Assembly: GCF_048593235.1 (NCBI RefSeq)
Contig: NC_133621.1
Coordinates: 299,407,146 to 299,471,145 of the forward strand
Direction: 5' to 3'
Length of the DNA: 64,000 bases
Origin: Sminthopsis crassicaudata
Taxonomy: Eukaryota
How positions within the stretch are numbered: the stretch's first letter is position 1; each line of letters opens with the position of its first letter. Positions 10,701 to 24,800 of this stretch are shown in pieces. Under the pieces are notes generated by a model, which saw nothing but the letters and a program-made list of their open reading frames with translations, did no database searches and was not told the origin of the DNA. The position numbers and the translations under genes were made by a program.

Positions 10701-13700
10701 GACCGTGTTAGCCCTGGAAAACGCCCCCAGATCTCTGCAGAAGGGGGAGTTTGCATGTCGGGTCGTGGTCTGCGCCCTCCGCTGCAGACCGGCTCTTCTC
10801 TCCTCTCTGCTGGCTTTCAGTCCTCCTGCAAAGAGAACCCCTTTAATCGGAAGGCGTCCCCCATGTCTTCCCCAACAACGAAGAAAACCCAGAGGGGCCC
10901 CAAGCCCGCGCGGCCGCCGGCGCCCGGACACGGCTTCCCGCTCATCAAACGGAAGGTACCTGGGCGTCCCCTGGGGCTCCCCGACCCAGCCCTGCCTCCC
11001 ATTCAGTCCTCTGTGAGGCGGGTGGGACCTCTGAGGGTCTCCGGGCGGGGGTGAAACAAGGACGGGTGGATGGGAGCGCGCCTCCTGTGGGCCCGGCGCT
11101 GTGCTGTGCATTGTGGGTCAGCTTCGGCCCACGGGCCCACGGGCTGCTGTCGGAGCAGGAAGCTGGGTTCGAACTCGGGCCGTCCCGACTCCGCTCTCCC
11201 CACTGGCCCACGCTGCCTCTCACTCAGTCTCCTCTTTGCTCCTTCCCCCTGCTCTCTCCTTGCTCTTCCCCTTTTTTTCTTCCTTCCTCTCCCCTCCCCC
11301 TCCTCCACCCCCTTCCTCCCCTCCTCTCTCTCCCTTCCCCTCTCCCCTCTTCTCCCTCTCCCTGCATTAAGGATGCTTTGGTTCCGGTGCGGGCCGGCCG
11401 TGTCTGTGGCCTTAGAAGGCTTGCCCGGGCCCGGGGCTGGCTGCCCGCGGGCTCCCCTTGCCTCGTCTCGGCCCTCACCCACGTGCCTTTGTCCAGGTCC
11501 AGGCTGACCAGTACATCCCGGAGGAGGATCTCTACGGGGAGATGGATGTCATCGAGCAGCAGCTGGACCAGCTGGAGCACCGTGGGGTGGCCCTGGAGGA
11601 GAAGCTCCGCAGTGGGCAGACGGGTACGCGGGGCGCCCGGGGGAGGAGCCGGGAAGCGGGCTGTGGTGGCGTCCCGTTCCCGGGAGCTCCGGGGCCGCTG
11701 GATTCCGCATCCTGGCGGGGAGGAGGCTGTGCCCACGGCTGGGGATCTGGCTCTGGGCAGTTCCTTTCTGGGGGGGGGGCAGAAACAGCCCAGCTGGCCT
11801 GGGGGCTTTCAGGGGGTCCCCCCGCGGGCCTCAGGGCCGGCCCCCACTCAGGCTGCGCGCTTCCCCTTGCAGACGGGCGGGAAGATGACTTGCTGGTGGA
11901 CTGGTTCAAGCTGATTCACGAGAAGCACATGCTGGTCCGGAGGGAGTCGGAGCTCATCTACGTGTGAGTTCACAGATGAGGGGGCTGCTCCCTGCTTCNN
12001 NNNNNNNNNNNNNNNNNNNNNNNNNNNNNNNNNNNNNNNNNNNNNNNNNNNNNNNNNNNNNNNNNNNNNNNNNNNNNNNNNNNNNNNNNNNNNNNNNNNN
12101 NNNNNNNNNNNNNNNNNNNNNNNNNNNNNNNNNNNNNNNNNNNNNNNNNNNNNNNNNNNNNNNNNNNNNNNNNNNNNNNNNNNNNNNNNNNNNNNNNNNN
12201 NNNNNNNNNNNNNNNNNNNNNNNNNNNNNNNNNNNNNNNNNNNNNNNNNNNNNNNNNNNNNNNNNNNNNNNNNNNNNNNNNNNNNNNNNNNNNNNNNNNN
12301 NNNNNNNNNNNNNNNNNNNNNNNNNNNNNNNNNNNNNNNNNNNNNNNNNNNNNNNNNNNNNNNNNNNNNNNNNNNNNNNNNNNNNNNNNNNNNNNNNNNN
12401 NNNNNNNNNNNNNNNNNNNNNNNNNNNNNNNNNNNNNNNNNNNNNNNNNNNNNNNNNNNNNNNNNNNNNNNNNNNNNNNNNNNNNNNNNNNNNNNNNNNN
12501 NNNNNNNNNNNNNNNNNNNNNNNNNNNNNNNNNNNNNNNNNNNNNNNNNNNNNNNNNNNNNNNNNNNNNNNNNNNNNNNNNNNNNNNNNNNNNNNNNNNN
12601 NNNNNNNNNNNNNNNNNNNNNNNNNNNNNNNNNNNNNNNNNNNNNNNNNNNNNNNNNNNNNNNNNNNNNNNNNNNNNNNNNNNNNNNNNNNNNNNNNNNN
12701 NNNNNNNNNNNNNNNNNNNNNNNNNNNNNNNNNNNNNNNNNNNNNNNNNNNNNNNNNNNNNNNNNNNNNNNNNNNNNNNNNNNNNNNNNNNNNNNNNNNN
12801 NNNNNNNNNNNNNNNNNNNNNNNNNNNNNNNNNNNNNNNNNNNNNNNNNNNNNNNNNNNNNNNNNNNNNNNNNNNNNNNNNNNNNNNNNNNNNNNNNNNN
12901 NNNNNNNNNNNNNNNNNNNNNNNNNNNNNNNNNNNNNNNNNNNNNNNNNNNNNNNNNNNNNNNNNNNNGACAATAAGCAAGCAGCAGAGGTCAGTCTCCA
13001 CCGCTGTCTCTCTCTCTGGATCTCTGTGCCCTAACTCCGCTCGTGTAGATCGGCTCTTGGTCCTTTTCGTCTCTCTTTATGTTCACATACTTCCCAGAGA
13101 GCCGGGCCCTGTATGGGGACTGGGTCTGTGCCTTTTCTAGGGTAGGGAACTCCCTCCCCTTGGCACCCTCCAGCCATAGAATGTGCAGTCCCTGAGGAGT
13201 CAGAGGCAGGCGCCAAGCTCAGGTTTCCTGACTGGTTCCCCCCTCCTCCCCCTCCTCCTTCACCCTCCCTCACCTCCCTTGCCTCTTATACCTTATAAGG
13301 AGCCTGAGGGTGTGTCTATAGCATCCTGCACCCGTAGCCCCCCACCCTTGCAGAGGAGGGAAGCCGCAGGGCTCTCGTCCCTGTTGGCTCCCGCTCTCAG
13401 GAGCCCTTCCAGCTCTCAGCCTCTTTTTGTATCCCCAAAGCTTCAAGCAGCAGAACCTGGAGCAGCGCCAGGCCGACGTGGAATATGAGCTGCGCTGCCT
13501 TCTCAACAAGCCAGGTGAGTGGTTATCGCCCTCTTCACCATCTCCGCTCCTGCCTGGGGCGCCCTCCCATCATCTCTCCCCCTGCATCCTTCCCCACTCC
13601 TGGGTCATCCCTTGGGTCATTCCCCCCACTCTGTCATCCTCACCCCCCCAGGTCATCCCTTGGGTCATTCTCCCCCCCCCATCCTCCTCCCCCCCCCCCC

Positions 13701-16700
13701 ATTTCCCAGGATGGGGAGGGCAGCGTGGGCAGGACAGAATAAGTGGGAAGCCCGGCTGCAGCCTCCTGCTCTGGGACTTTAACGGGAAAAGGATGGGCGG
13801 AACTAGGCTTGGTACAGCACAGAAAGCACCGGACTCCCAAATCTGGAGCACCTGGACTCACATTTCTGATGGGACCCTGGGCATGTCCCTTGCCCTCTGG
13901 GGCTGTTTCCTCACTAATGCTGAATTAGACTCCCTCCAAGGCCCGGGGCCCCTAAATGCAGTTTGTGAGTCAAGCCATTTTTTGTCCAGTGGTAGCCAGA
14001 GCTAGGGCCCGGGTGGCCTCCTCACTTCCCCCTTGCCCGGTGGTCTTCCCTCTCAGCCACACTGTGAGCAGGTAGTGAGCTCTCTATTGACAAAAGTATC
14101 CAAGGGCAGGCCCAGAGAGTGCCGGCAGGAGATGTTGCTGGAGGGCTCCCTGTGGGTTAGACCAGGGAATATGAGAGATGTCTTTTTGTGGTCTCAGCTT
14201 GTGTTATTCTCTCTTCCCTCCATGGGCAGATAAGGACTGGACAGAGGAGGACCGGGGAAGGGAGAAGGTGCTGATGCAGGAGCTGGTGACCCTCATCGAG
14301 CAGCGCAACGCCATCGTCAACTGCTTGGATGAAGACCGGCAGAGGTGAGTGAGCAAGAGGAGGCCTCTGTTCCCCATGAGGGGGGTGGGTTTGCTTAGCC
14401 CCTCCCCTTTCTCTCATCCCCCCTACTGCCAGGTACTTGCATCTGCAGGTTGGTACCCAGTGGGGATGGCTCCTCCAGGTTCAAGAAATTCTCTGGCTCC
14501 ACAATGCTAAAACTAGACTTCCTGAGCCCCCAGCGGCATGTGCCTCTTGCCTCCGTCAGTCAGAGGTGACGGCAGGCTCAGTGCAAAGGCATTTACTGAA
14601 AGGGCACGGACCGATTAGGAGCAACAGAACATCTGGTTCCTTTCCTGGTTCCAGGGAGTCTTTTGTCTCTGCATTATGGCCATGGTTTCTTGAGGAAGGT
14701 AGTCTGTGGTGCAGAGGGAGGGAAAGGAAGGGCTCCTTCCTCTCATTACTCGAAGGTTGAGTGTTGGAGATCAGGGAGAGGGCACTGATTCCCAGGAGCC
14801 TCCTGGAATTGTCTCAGAGGCTCCCAGCTCACCGGCAAGGGCACTTCCGGGTAGTCTTGAGACTTCCGGCCAACACCAGCTACAGGCTCTTCACACTGGG
14901 CATTGTTTCTCGGTTTCCTGATCTGTTAGATTGTATGAATGCATGACCTTGAACGTTAATGTGGAGTTCTAAGTCCTGTGATTTATAGTTTAAAACTACA
15001 CTAACGCTTTTGGGACATTCTGTATTTGTTGAAAGGCACTTAGGTGCTTGAGTGCTGGATCTGGAGTCAATAAGACTCCTCTTCCTGAAGTCAAATCTGG
15101 TCTCAGACACTTCTTAGCTCTGTGACTCTGGGCAATTCATTTTACCTTGTTTGCCTCAGTTTCCTCATCTGTAAAATGAGCTGGGGAAGGAAATGTCTGT
15201 TGCTAAGGATCCCCACCTTCTTAAGGGATTTTTAAGGGTCATGAAGAATGCGACATGACTGGAAAATGACTGACAACGATGAATACTTTTTGATTGAATG
15301 AGTAATCTATGTGACCTTGGGCAAGTTATGTATCACCTCAGTGGGACTCAATATCCTTTTGTGTAAAACAAAGGGGTTGGACAAGATCGGGGGTTCTTCT
15401 TAGGGTCCTAGACTCCTGGCAAACTGGTGATACTTACATATCCCTCCGAATCAGGTTCTCAGATTTATTTTGTAGGATTATAAGAGAAGAATCTGGATAT
15501 AATAATACAATAAATCTTTAGTTAAATTAAACTAATTAAAGAAAATTGTCCTGAAGTGTTAGAGCAAGAGTAGAAATGGAAAAATCCACTAATCACCCTG
15601 AAGAGATCCCACAAGGAAAACCTACAGGAACATTATTGCTAACTTTTAAAACCCTCAGATCAAAGGGACAATTTTACAAGCAACAAAAACAAAACTTGAG
15701 AGATTACAGAGCACAGTCAGAATCACACAAGACATATCAACGACTATAATAAAAGACAACAAATCTTGGAACGTTGTATATCAGAGATCTTAAAGAACCT
15801 GGATTGTGGCCAAAAATATCGTATCCGGCAAAATTAAGTTTAATAGTGAATGAAAAAAATGGACACTCAGTGGATTGCCAGATTTTTGTGGCAAACAGAC
15901 GTGAACTTAATAGAAAAATGTGACACATAAGAATCAAATCAAAGACAAATTTCAGGGGACTTATCAAGAACAAAGTTCGTGTTTTCTACGTGGAAATGTC
16001 AACCGTAGGTCTAAGACTGTCATTAGTAACTGGGTAGTTCAAAAGAAGGATTGGGGCAGAGCGGAGTATGATGTGATTCCATAAAAAGTAAAATCATTTA
16101 GGAAAAGGTAAAAACACTAATTAATGCTATATAATTAATTAATTAATGTCATACAAATAATTAATTAATGTTATACAAATAAGGTGCCGGAGCAGGAACT
16201 GACATGGAGGAATTAGACGGGGGAGGAGGATGGATAACTCTGAAATCCTACTTACATCGAGAGTAAGAGGAAATAATATGAATATATCCAGAAGGTGTAA
16301 AACCTTCCAGAATTTATAAACAAATAAGAAGAGGAGGGAATAGGATAAGACGGGGTGTGTAGATTAATGGGAGTGGGATAAGTTGGGTAAATATCAATGA
16401 GGAAGATATAAAGGAGTGAAAGGGTAGGGGGAGAGGATAAGGAAAGGATGCTTGGGAAATGGGGTGGTTAAGTAATAACAACGGTAAGCTGGAGGGTACA
16501 AAAGGAAAGTAGAAGAGGAGCATAAAGGAAAACAATTCTATGAAAGTCTGTCTGTTTCTATCTCCATCTTTCTATCATTCTGTCTTTTTGTCTGCCTGTC
16601 TTTCTATCTCCTCTCTCCATCCATCCATTCATTCTGTCTGTCCATCCATCTATTATTTTCTCTTTCTCCCCCCCCATTCATCCATCATTCTGTCTATTTA

Positions 16701-18022
16701 TCCATCCATCATTCCCTCTTTGTTTCAGTGTCTCTCTCCCTCCCAACCATCCATTTCTCTTTCTGTTTGTCTCTTTCTACCTTTCTGTATGTCCTTGAAA
16801 AGCAAGGCCCTGGACCCCAGGTTAGAAGCCCCCGACTTAGGTAGTAGTGTGGGCCCTCCTGCTCCAACATTTCTGATTCTAGCTGGTGGCTGACCCTGGG
16901 CCTTTGAGCCTCAGTTTCCCTATCCCTAATCGCTGGATAGAGTCCCTATTTGCCCCCTCTCACAGGATAGTTGGGTAGGCACAATTGAGACCTTGTTTCT
17001 AAAGGCACATGGGAGGACAGCTAGGGGGCGCAGTGGAGAGAGCACCAGCCTTGAATTCAGGAGGACCCGAGTTCAAATCTGACCTCAGACACTTAACACT
17101 TCCTGGCTGTGTGACCCTGGGCAAGTCACTGAACCCCAAGTGCCTCAACAATAACAAAAAAAAGGTTTTAAAAAAAAGGCACCTGGAAGAAGCATCAGAT
17201 GGCTTTATTCCTTTTCTTCCTTGCTGACTTTCTCTCACCCCTTGTCATTCTCATTGATCTCAGGGAAGAAGAGGAAGACAAAATGTTGGAAGCCATGATC
17301 AGGAAGAAAGGTGAGTAGATGTCCGAGGCTGCCATTCCCTGGTCAGGAGCCCCAGGGTCTTGTTCTCTGTCCTTGTTCCAGGGGAAGCTGGTGCCTGAGG
17401 CTGGTGTTTCCATTGGCCCTTGGGTGGTCACAGGTCATGGATGTGGGGAGCATGAATCAGCATCTACACACACGCACACACACACACGCACACACATGCA
17501 CACACATCTGTTGAGTGGTACAGTGAAGACCTGCTGGCTTCAGGCAGCTCAGTTTCCCCATCTATAAAATGGGCTCATAATGGGTTCTTGTAAGGATCCA
17601 GTGAGGTAATATTTGTAGAGCACTTAGCAGAGTGCCTGGCACGTGTAGGTGCTACATCAATACTGATTCCCTTCCTTTCCCCCCATATCCAGACACACAA
17701 GTATATGGAGAAGTAACAAATAGAATGACATAATTAGGGTTGGGGTCTGTGGTGCCCGTGGGTCCATTGAGCCAGCGGGGGGTAGCCTTCAAGCGAAGGG
17801 GTCTCTGTCCGGGCTTATTGGCCTCCGATGCCAGCGGAGGCGCTGCATGAGTCCACACCACTGGTAGCCAACTGCCCCGTCTCTACCCTCCCTCCCGCAG
17901 AATTTCACAAGGAGGCGGAACCTGGAATAAAGAAGAAAAGCAAATTTAAAAGCATGAAGGTGCTGAAGCTGTTGGGAAACAAGCACGATCACAAAAGCAA
18001 GTCCTCGAAGGACAAGAGCTAA
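967..18022 (+). CDS. MICALL1: MICAL-like protein 1, full spliced CDS (16 exons, 2511 nt, 836 aa): CH domain, LIM domain, Pro-rich region with two NPF motifs, C-terminal bMERB coiled coil
   Basis: join(967-1112,5582-5630,6108-6249,6862-6956,7420-7565,7835-8253,8706-8769,9017-9378,9806-10182,10821-10955,11497-11623,11873-11963,13441-13514,14230-14344,17264-17310,17901-18022). All introns GT-AG and phases consistent. Translation runs [12 protein letters not shown]...[10 protein letters not shown]...KSSKDKS*, matching MICALL1 as recalled. Confidence 0.97.
5240..5378 (+). repeat. Same 33-bp family, about 4 degenerate units (MICALL1 intron 1)
   Basis: ctctgacatcccctgttctaggcc / ttctgacatcccctgttctgagct. 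Confidence 0.85.
5582..5630 (+). CDS. MICALL1: MICALL1 exon 2 (CH)
   Basis: ttccag|; [16 protein letters not shown]; |gtgagt. Confidence 0.96.
6108..6249 (+). CDS. MICALL1: MICALL1 exon 3 (CH end)
   Basis: ccccag|; [42 protein letters not shown]; |gtgagc. Confidence 0.97.
6862..6956 (+). CDS. MICALL1: MICALL1 exon 4 (linker)
   Basis: ttctgcag|; [32 protein letters not shown]; |gtgggc; restores phase between exons 3 and 5. Confidence 0.9.
7420..7565 (+). CDS. MICALL1: MICALL1 exon 5 (LIM first half)
   Basis: cttccag|; [29 protein letters not shown]; |gtgagt. Confidence 0.96.
7835..8253 (+). CDS. MICALL1: MICALL1 exon 6 (LIM second half plus Pro-rich region)
   Basis: cccccag|; [27 protein letters not shown]...CLVN; g|gtgagt. 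Confidence 0.95.
8706..8769 (+). CDS. MICALL1: MICALL1 exon 7
   Basis: ccatccag|; [21 protein letters not shown]; |gtaagt. Confidence 0.9.
9017..9378 (+). CDS. MICALL1: MICALL1 exon 8 (acidic NPF1 motif)
   Basis: ccccag|; [16 protein letters not shown]...[11 protein letters not shown]...LHPWYGITP...[14 protein letters not shown]; |gtgagc. Confidence 0.95.
9485..9628. repeat. 35-bp tandem repeat x3 plus partial copies (MICALL1 intron 8)
   Basis: ctccgccccgtggcagcgggtgtggccagtctggg starting at 9485, 9520, 9555. Confidence 0.9.
9806..10182 (+). CDS. MICALL1: MICALL1 exon 9
   Basis: gcacag|; [34 protein letters not shown]...SPQLQVK; |gtgagt. Confidence 0.93.
10821..10955 (+). CDS. MICALL1: MICALL1 exon 10 (NPF2)
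   Basis: ctttcag|; [11 protein letters not shown]...[15 protein letters not shown]; |gtacct. Confidence 0.95.
11497..11623 (+). CDS. MICALL1: MICALL1 exon 11 (bMERB start)
   Basis: ttgtccag|; [38 protein letters not shown]; |gtacgc. Confidence 0.95.
11873..11963 (+). CDS. MICALL1: MICALL1 exon 12
   Basis: ccttgcag|; [30 protein letters not shown]; |gtgagt. Confidence 0.96.
11999..12968. other. Assembly gap (970 N) in MICALL1 intron 12
   Basis: N run. Confidence 1.
13441..13514 (+). CDS. MICALL1: MICALL1 exon 13
   Basis: ccccaaag| (AAG acceptor); [24 protein letters not shown]; |gtgagt. Confidence 0.96.
14230..14344 (+). CDS. MICALL1: MICALL1 exon 14
   Basis: gggcag|; [38 protein letters not shown]; |gtgagt. 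Confidence 0.96.
15040..15290 (+). mobile_element. Mar1/MIR-like CORE-SINE
   Basis: gcctcagtttcctcatctgtaaaatg CORE plus gggtcatgaagaatgcgacatgactg RTE-type tail. Confidence 0.65.
15420..16530 (+). mobile_element. Decayed L1 fragment including the ORF1p C-terminal half (MICALL1 intron 14)
   Basis: Broken frames read [37 protein letters not shown], resembling L1 ORF1p RRM/CTD motifs; AT-rich island in a GC-rich region. Confidence 0.75.
16545..16790. repeat. TC/TCCA low-complexity tract
   Basis: Direct inspection. Confidence 0.8.
17015..17175 (+). mobile_element. WSINE1-like tRNA-derived marsupial SINE, young, with probable TSD
   Basis: GGACAGCTAGGGGGCGCAGTGG (A box)...GAGTTCAAATC (B box)...A-rich tail; flanks aaaggcacatgggag / aaaggcacctggaag. 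Confidence 0.8.
17264..17310 (+). CDS. MICALL1: MICALL1 exon 15
   Basis: atctcag|; [16 protein letters not shown]; |gtgagt. Confidence 0.95.
17901..18022 (+). CDS. MICALL1: MICALL1 exon 16 (terminal coding exon)
   Basis: cccgcag|; [43 protein letters not shown]. Confidence 0.96.
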
Positions 18023-18960
18023 GAGCCCCATGGAGCGCGTGGCTGCCCGTCTCCGGGTGGCCTCCTGTTTCCACGTGGCCGCCCGTCTCCACGTGGCCGC
18101 CCGCTCTTCCCTGCCTGTGGGCTTCCTCCTGCGTTGGGCTGGGCCCACACTTGGTCTCCTCAATGATAATGGGAGCTGTGGCCCCTCTTTTCTCTGGGGA
18201 GGGGGGCTTCCGACACCAATGAGAGGGCTTCCAGGAGGGGGCGGCCCCCTTCTCTGCATCCTCCAGCTGAGTAGGGCCAAAGAGTTCCTCCCCTTTCCCT
18301 GGCTGTGGACGTCAGGAAGCACTGCAGCAGGAAAGTAGACTATTTATTCAGCGGTGTTTTCACGGTTGTTATTATTGACTAACTGAGTAGTAAAGGATCT
18401 GGGGGTGGGAACCCTGTCCCCTCTTTACTCTTTCCACTTCTAGAAAGCTTCCTGTGATTGAGGTGGCTTCTGTATCCCCCTCCCCCCAGGAGCTATTTAT
18501 TAAATGATCAGTGGGTGGAGATTGGTCCAGACTTGCAGATGGGGCTGCCTCAGTTGGTCTCACAGGGGAAGAATAGAAGGGATTACCGCCAGAAGTGTCC
18601 TTCCCACAGCCCTGACAGGCAGCAGAGAGTGGCTCCTCCCGGGCAGCAGCAGGAGCCGCCATCCCTCTCCCCTTCTCCCGCTAACTTCCCAGCCCAGCGC
18701 GCTCCAGCACCTGTCACTTGGCACAGGGAGAGCGGACGGCTCGTTTCCATCTCCATGTGGGGAAGGGGAGCTTCTGGAATGGGGAAGGGGAAGTCCCCTG
18801 GACCCTGAGATCCCAGCTCATCCTGCGCAGCTCCTCCAGGGCCAGCGTCTTCACTTCCCACCCTGGGCTGGCCCAGTGACCTCTGGGGCCGGGCTGGCGT
18901 GGTCCCAGAGCTCAGTGAAAGACCCTGCTGTAGCCATCTTGGGGATGTGCGTTTCCCCCA

Positions 18961-18966
18961 AATAAA
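18961..18966 (+). terminator. Candidate MICALL1 poly(A) signal
   Basis: First AATAAA I found after the stop (about 940 nt); ATTAAA at 18499 and AATAAA at 22077 are alternatives. Confidence 0.45.
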
Positions 18967-20836
18967 TTGAACCCAATTAATTTGCCCCCAGTTGAATCCC
19001 GCTGGTGATTTGTCTACCAGGCCATCTGTTGGGCAGCTGTGGTTAAGGAAGCTCAACGGTGTTTATTGCCCTCCCCCATCTCAAGCCGAGACGGCTGTCC
19101 TGACCGTGCCAGCCTGAGTCTTGCTGCAAGCTCCGGTGCCACATCCGAAGCGGGCATTCCTGTTGCTTCGTTCCCTTACCTGTGGGCCAACCTTTTTTGA
19201 TCAAAGGCTCAGCCTGGCAGGATTGGGAGGAAACAGATTCACACTAACTGGGGATCCCGGAGATACCCGAGCCCAGAATCTTAGGATGTCACAACTGAAA
19301 GGGAATTTGGAGACCATCTAATCCTATCCAAAGCTGATGGAGAACCCCTCCTCTCCAATCACCGCCTTCTGGGCCGGCCCTTCTCAGAGGCTCATCTCCA
19401 GCCTAAATCTACCCCTCTGGCACCGACTGGTGTCTGATCCCTTCCTATAACAATAGATTTTCTCCCATCGTCCTTGAAGATGGCATTTACCCCCCACTGC
19501 CACACCGCCTGCAGCCCTGCTCTAGACTACATTCCCATTTTCTCGAGAGGGGAAACTGAGGCTCGAGAGGTGACTTGCTTGAGCTTTAGACATTCCCGGG
19601 ATGTGAACCTGAACTTGGTCTTTAGGTGCCATCTCCAGCGCCCGTCCTGCCGGGCCCATCTGGCCAGGACGCCTGCGTCTTCTCCGTGGCATCCTGATTG
19701 GAGATGTGACTGGCAGCCTTTCAGGGGGAAGCCCTTGGACTTCATGGCTGGGAATCCCAGCTCCTGTCCCTAGTGCCTGGGGACATCCATTGCCCAGTGA
19801 CACTGCCTAGTATCCCTTCAGCGTGAGCTGGGAAAAGGGGCTGGCAGCTGCTTCTAGGATCAAAGGAGCTTTGTGGAAAGCACTCAGTGACCCGTAAACT
19901 GCTACTAATACTTGAAATTTCACCATTAGGGATGAGTGATGGGGCAGAGAGCATGGTGTGAGGGGACGCTGCCGGAGGCGGGAGGGTGACTTGCTTTTGC
20001 ATCCTGCCTCAGAGGCCAAACCATGCTGGGCTTCATTTAGTTAGTACTAATCCACTTGGTTCCTCCCTCCCTAGGCTGAGAGGGTCCGAATGGGGATCCG
20101 CAGCAATCTGGGCCCTCTGTGAAAGCTGGACAGTGAGCTCATCCATGTATGGGGCCATGGGGTGGGGGTACAGCTCATGTGGGATCCAGGCTGGAACATG
20201 GGCCCATTACTAGAGAAAGGTGAGACGAGGGGGAGAATGTCATGTCTTACACTTGATGTCAGAAGGACCAGAGGAGGAGAAGTTTGCTCAGCAGTTGTTC
20301 TGAGCTCTTGGGGCTGGAGCGGACAGCAAACTCCACGAGTCAGCCATGTGAAGTGGCTTCTGAGAGAGCCGGGGCTGTCTCAGGCCGAGGGGCTGCTGGG
20401 CCCTGGGCACACCATCCTGGCCGGAGTGTCCAGAGGAGGCAGCATCCATGGGGGAGGGCCTAGAGTCTACGGCAGGGGGAGATCCCTTGAGGAAGCCGAT
20501 TAGGCCGAGTAAGGGAAGCCCACCAGGGCAGAAGCTGCCTTTTGGAGGGAGGGTCAGCCCCACTTTGGCCCTAGAAGGCAGAGCTAGGAAGGGAGGGTGT
20601 TCAAGCTAAGGCTGGATCTGTTGGATCCTGGGGGAGGGCAGGACTCCTGTGGTGAATGAATTGGGCCACATGGCTGATTCTGTGTTCTTTGGGTAGAGAT
20701 GATGTTGGGCAAACCCTGGAGTGCTGACAAAGGGCAGCTATAGCTCCTGGCTCCCAAGCACTCGGGGCCCTCAGATTCTAGGGTGCTAAATGAGGTTTGT
20801 CCTTCAGAAACAAAGCTGCTGTTTCCCCAACACAGT

Positions 20837-20842
20837 TTTATT
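20837..20842 (-). terminator. Candidate C22orf23 poly(A) signal
   Basis: First minus-strand AATAAA I found after the stop, about 335 nt downstream. Confidence 0.6.
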
Positions 20843-21176
20843 GGCCCTCCCCTTCTGGTGGTTAAGCGACCCCGGCCCCCCGTTGGGAGACAGTTCCTGA
20901 GAGCGTGGGGCCAGTGGAATGTGAGCTCCCTGCCGCCGCGGTCTCTTCAAGCACGGAGGCCTCCTGCGCCATGGGCAGTGGCGGCTTGGGGCTGGGCACT
21001 GTCTCTTGGGTTCTGTCCGGCGCTCTGGAAGCGGGGCCTCTCTAATCAGGGGGGATCTGCGCCCCCACCGGTGACGGGCTTCCAGAAATGCGGCGGGCAG
21101 GGCTACAAAAGGGCGGGTGGTTGACGCCCACCAGCTAGTGGGCCGCTGCCCCTGCCCCCAGGGACGGGTGGGCTCC

Positions 21177-24800
<3,624 letters not shown>

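Noticed and set aside
9529-11016. 495-aa + strand ORF, the longest non-gap ORF
   Set aside because: It is MICALL1 exon 9 read through into GC-rich introns; only 9806-10182 is bounded by splice sites and homologous.
11954-13034. ORFs of about 340-356 aa made of X; possible missing MICALL1 exon
   Set aside because: Artefact of the N gap. Exons 12 and 13 join in phase (ELIY-V-FKQQ) as in the known protein, so no constitutive exon is missing.
17015-17080. tRNA-like A/B boxes (also 38040-38102)
   Set aside because: They are SINE heads followed by CORE sequence, A-tail and TSD; no full cloverleaf.
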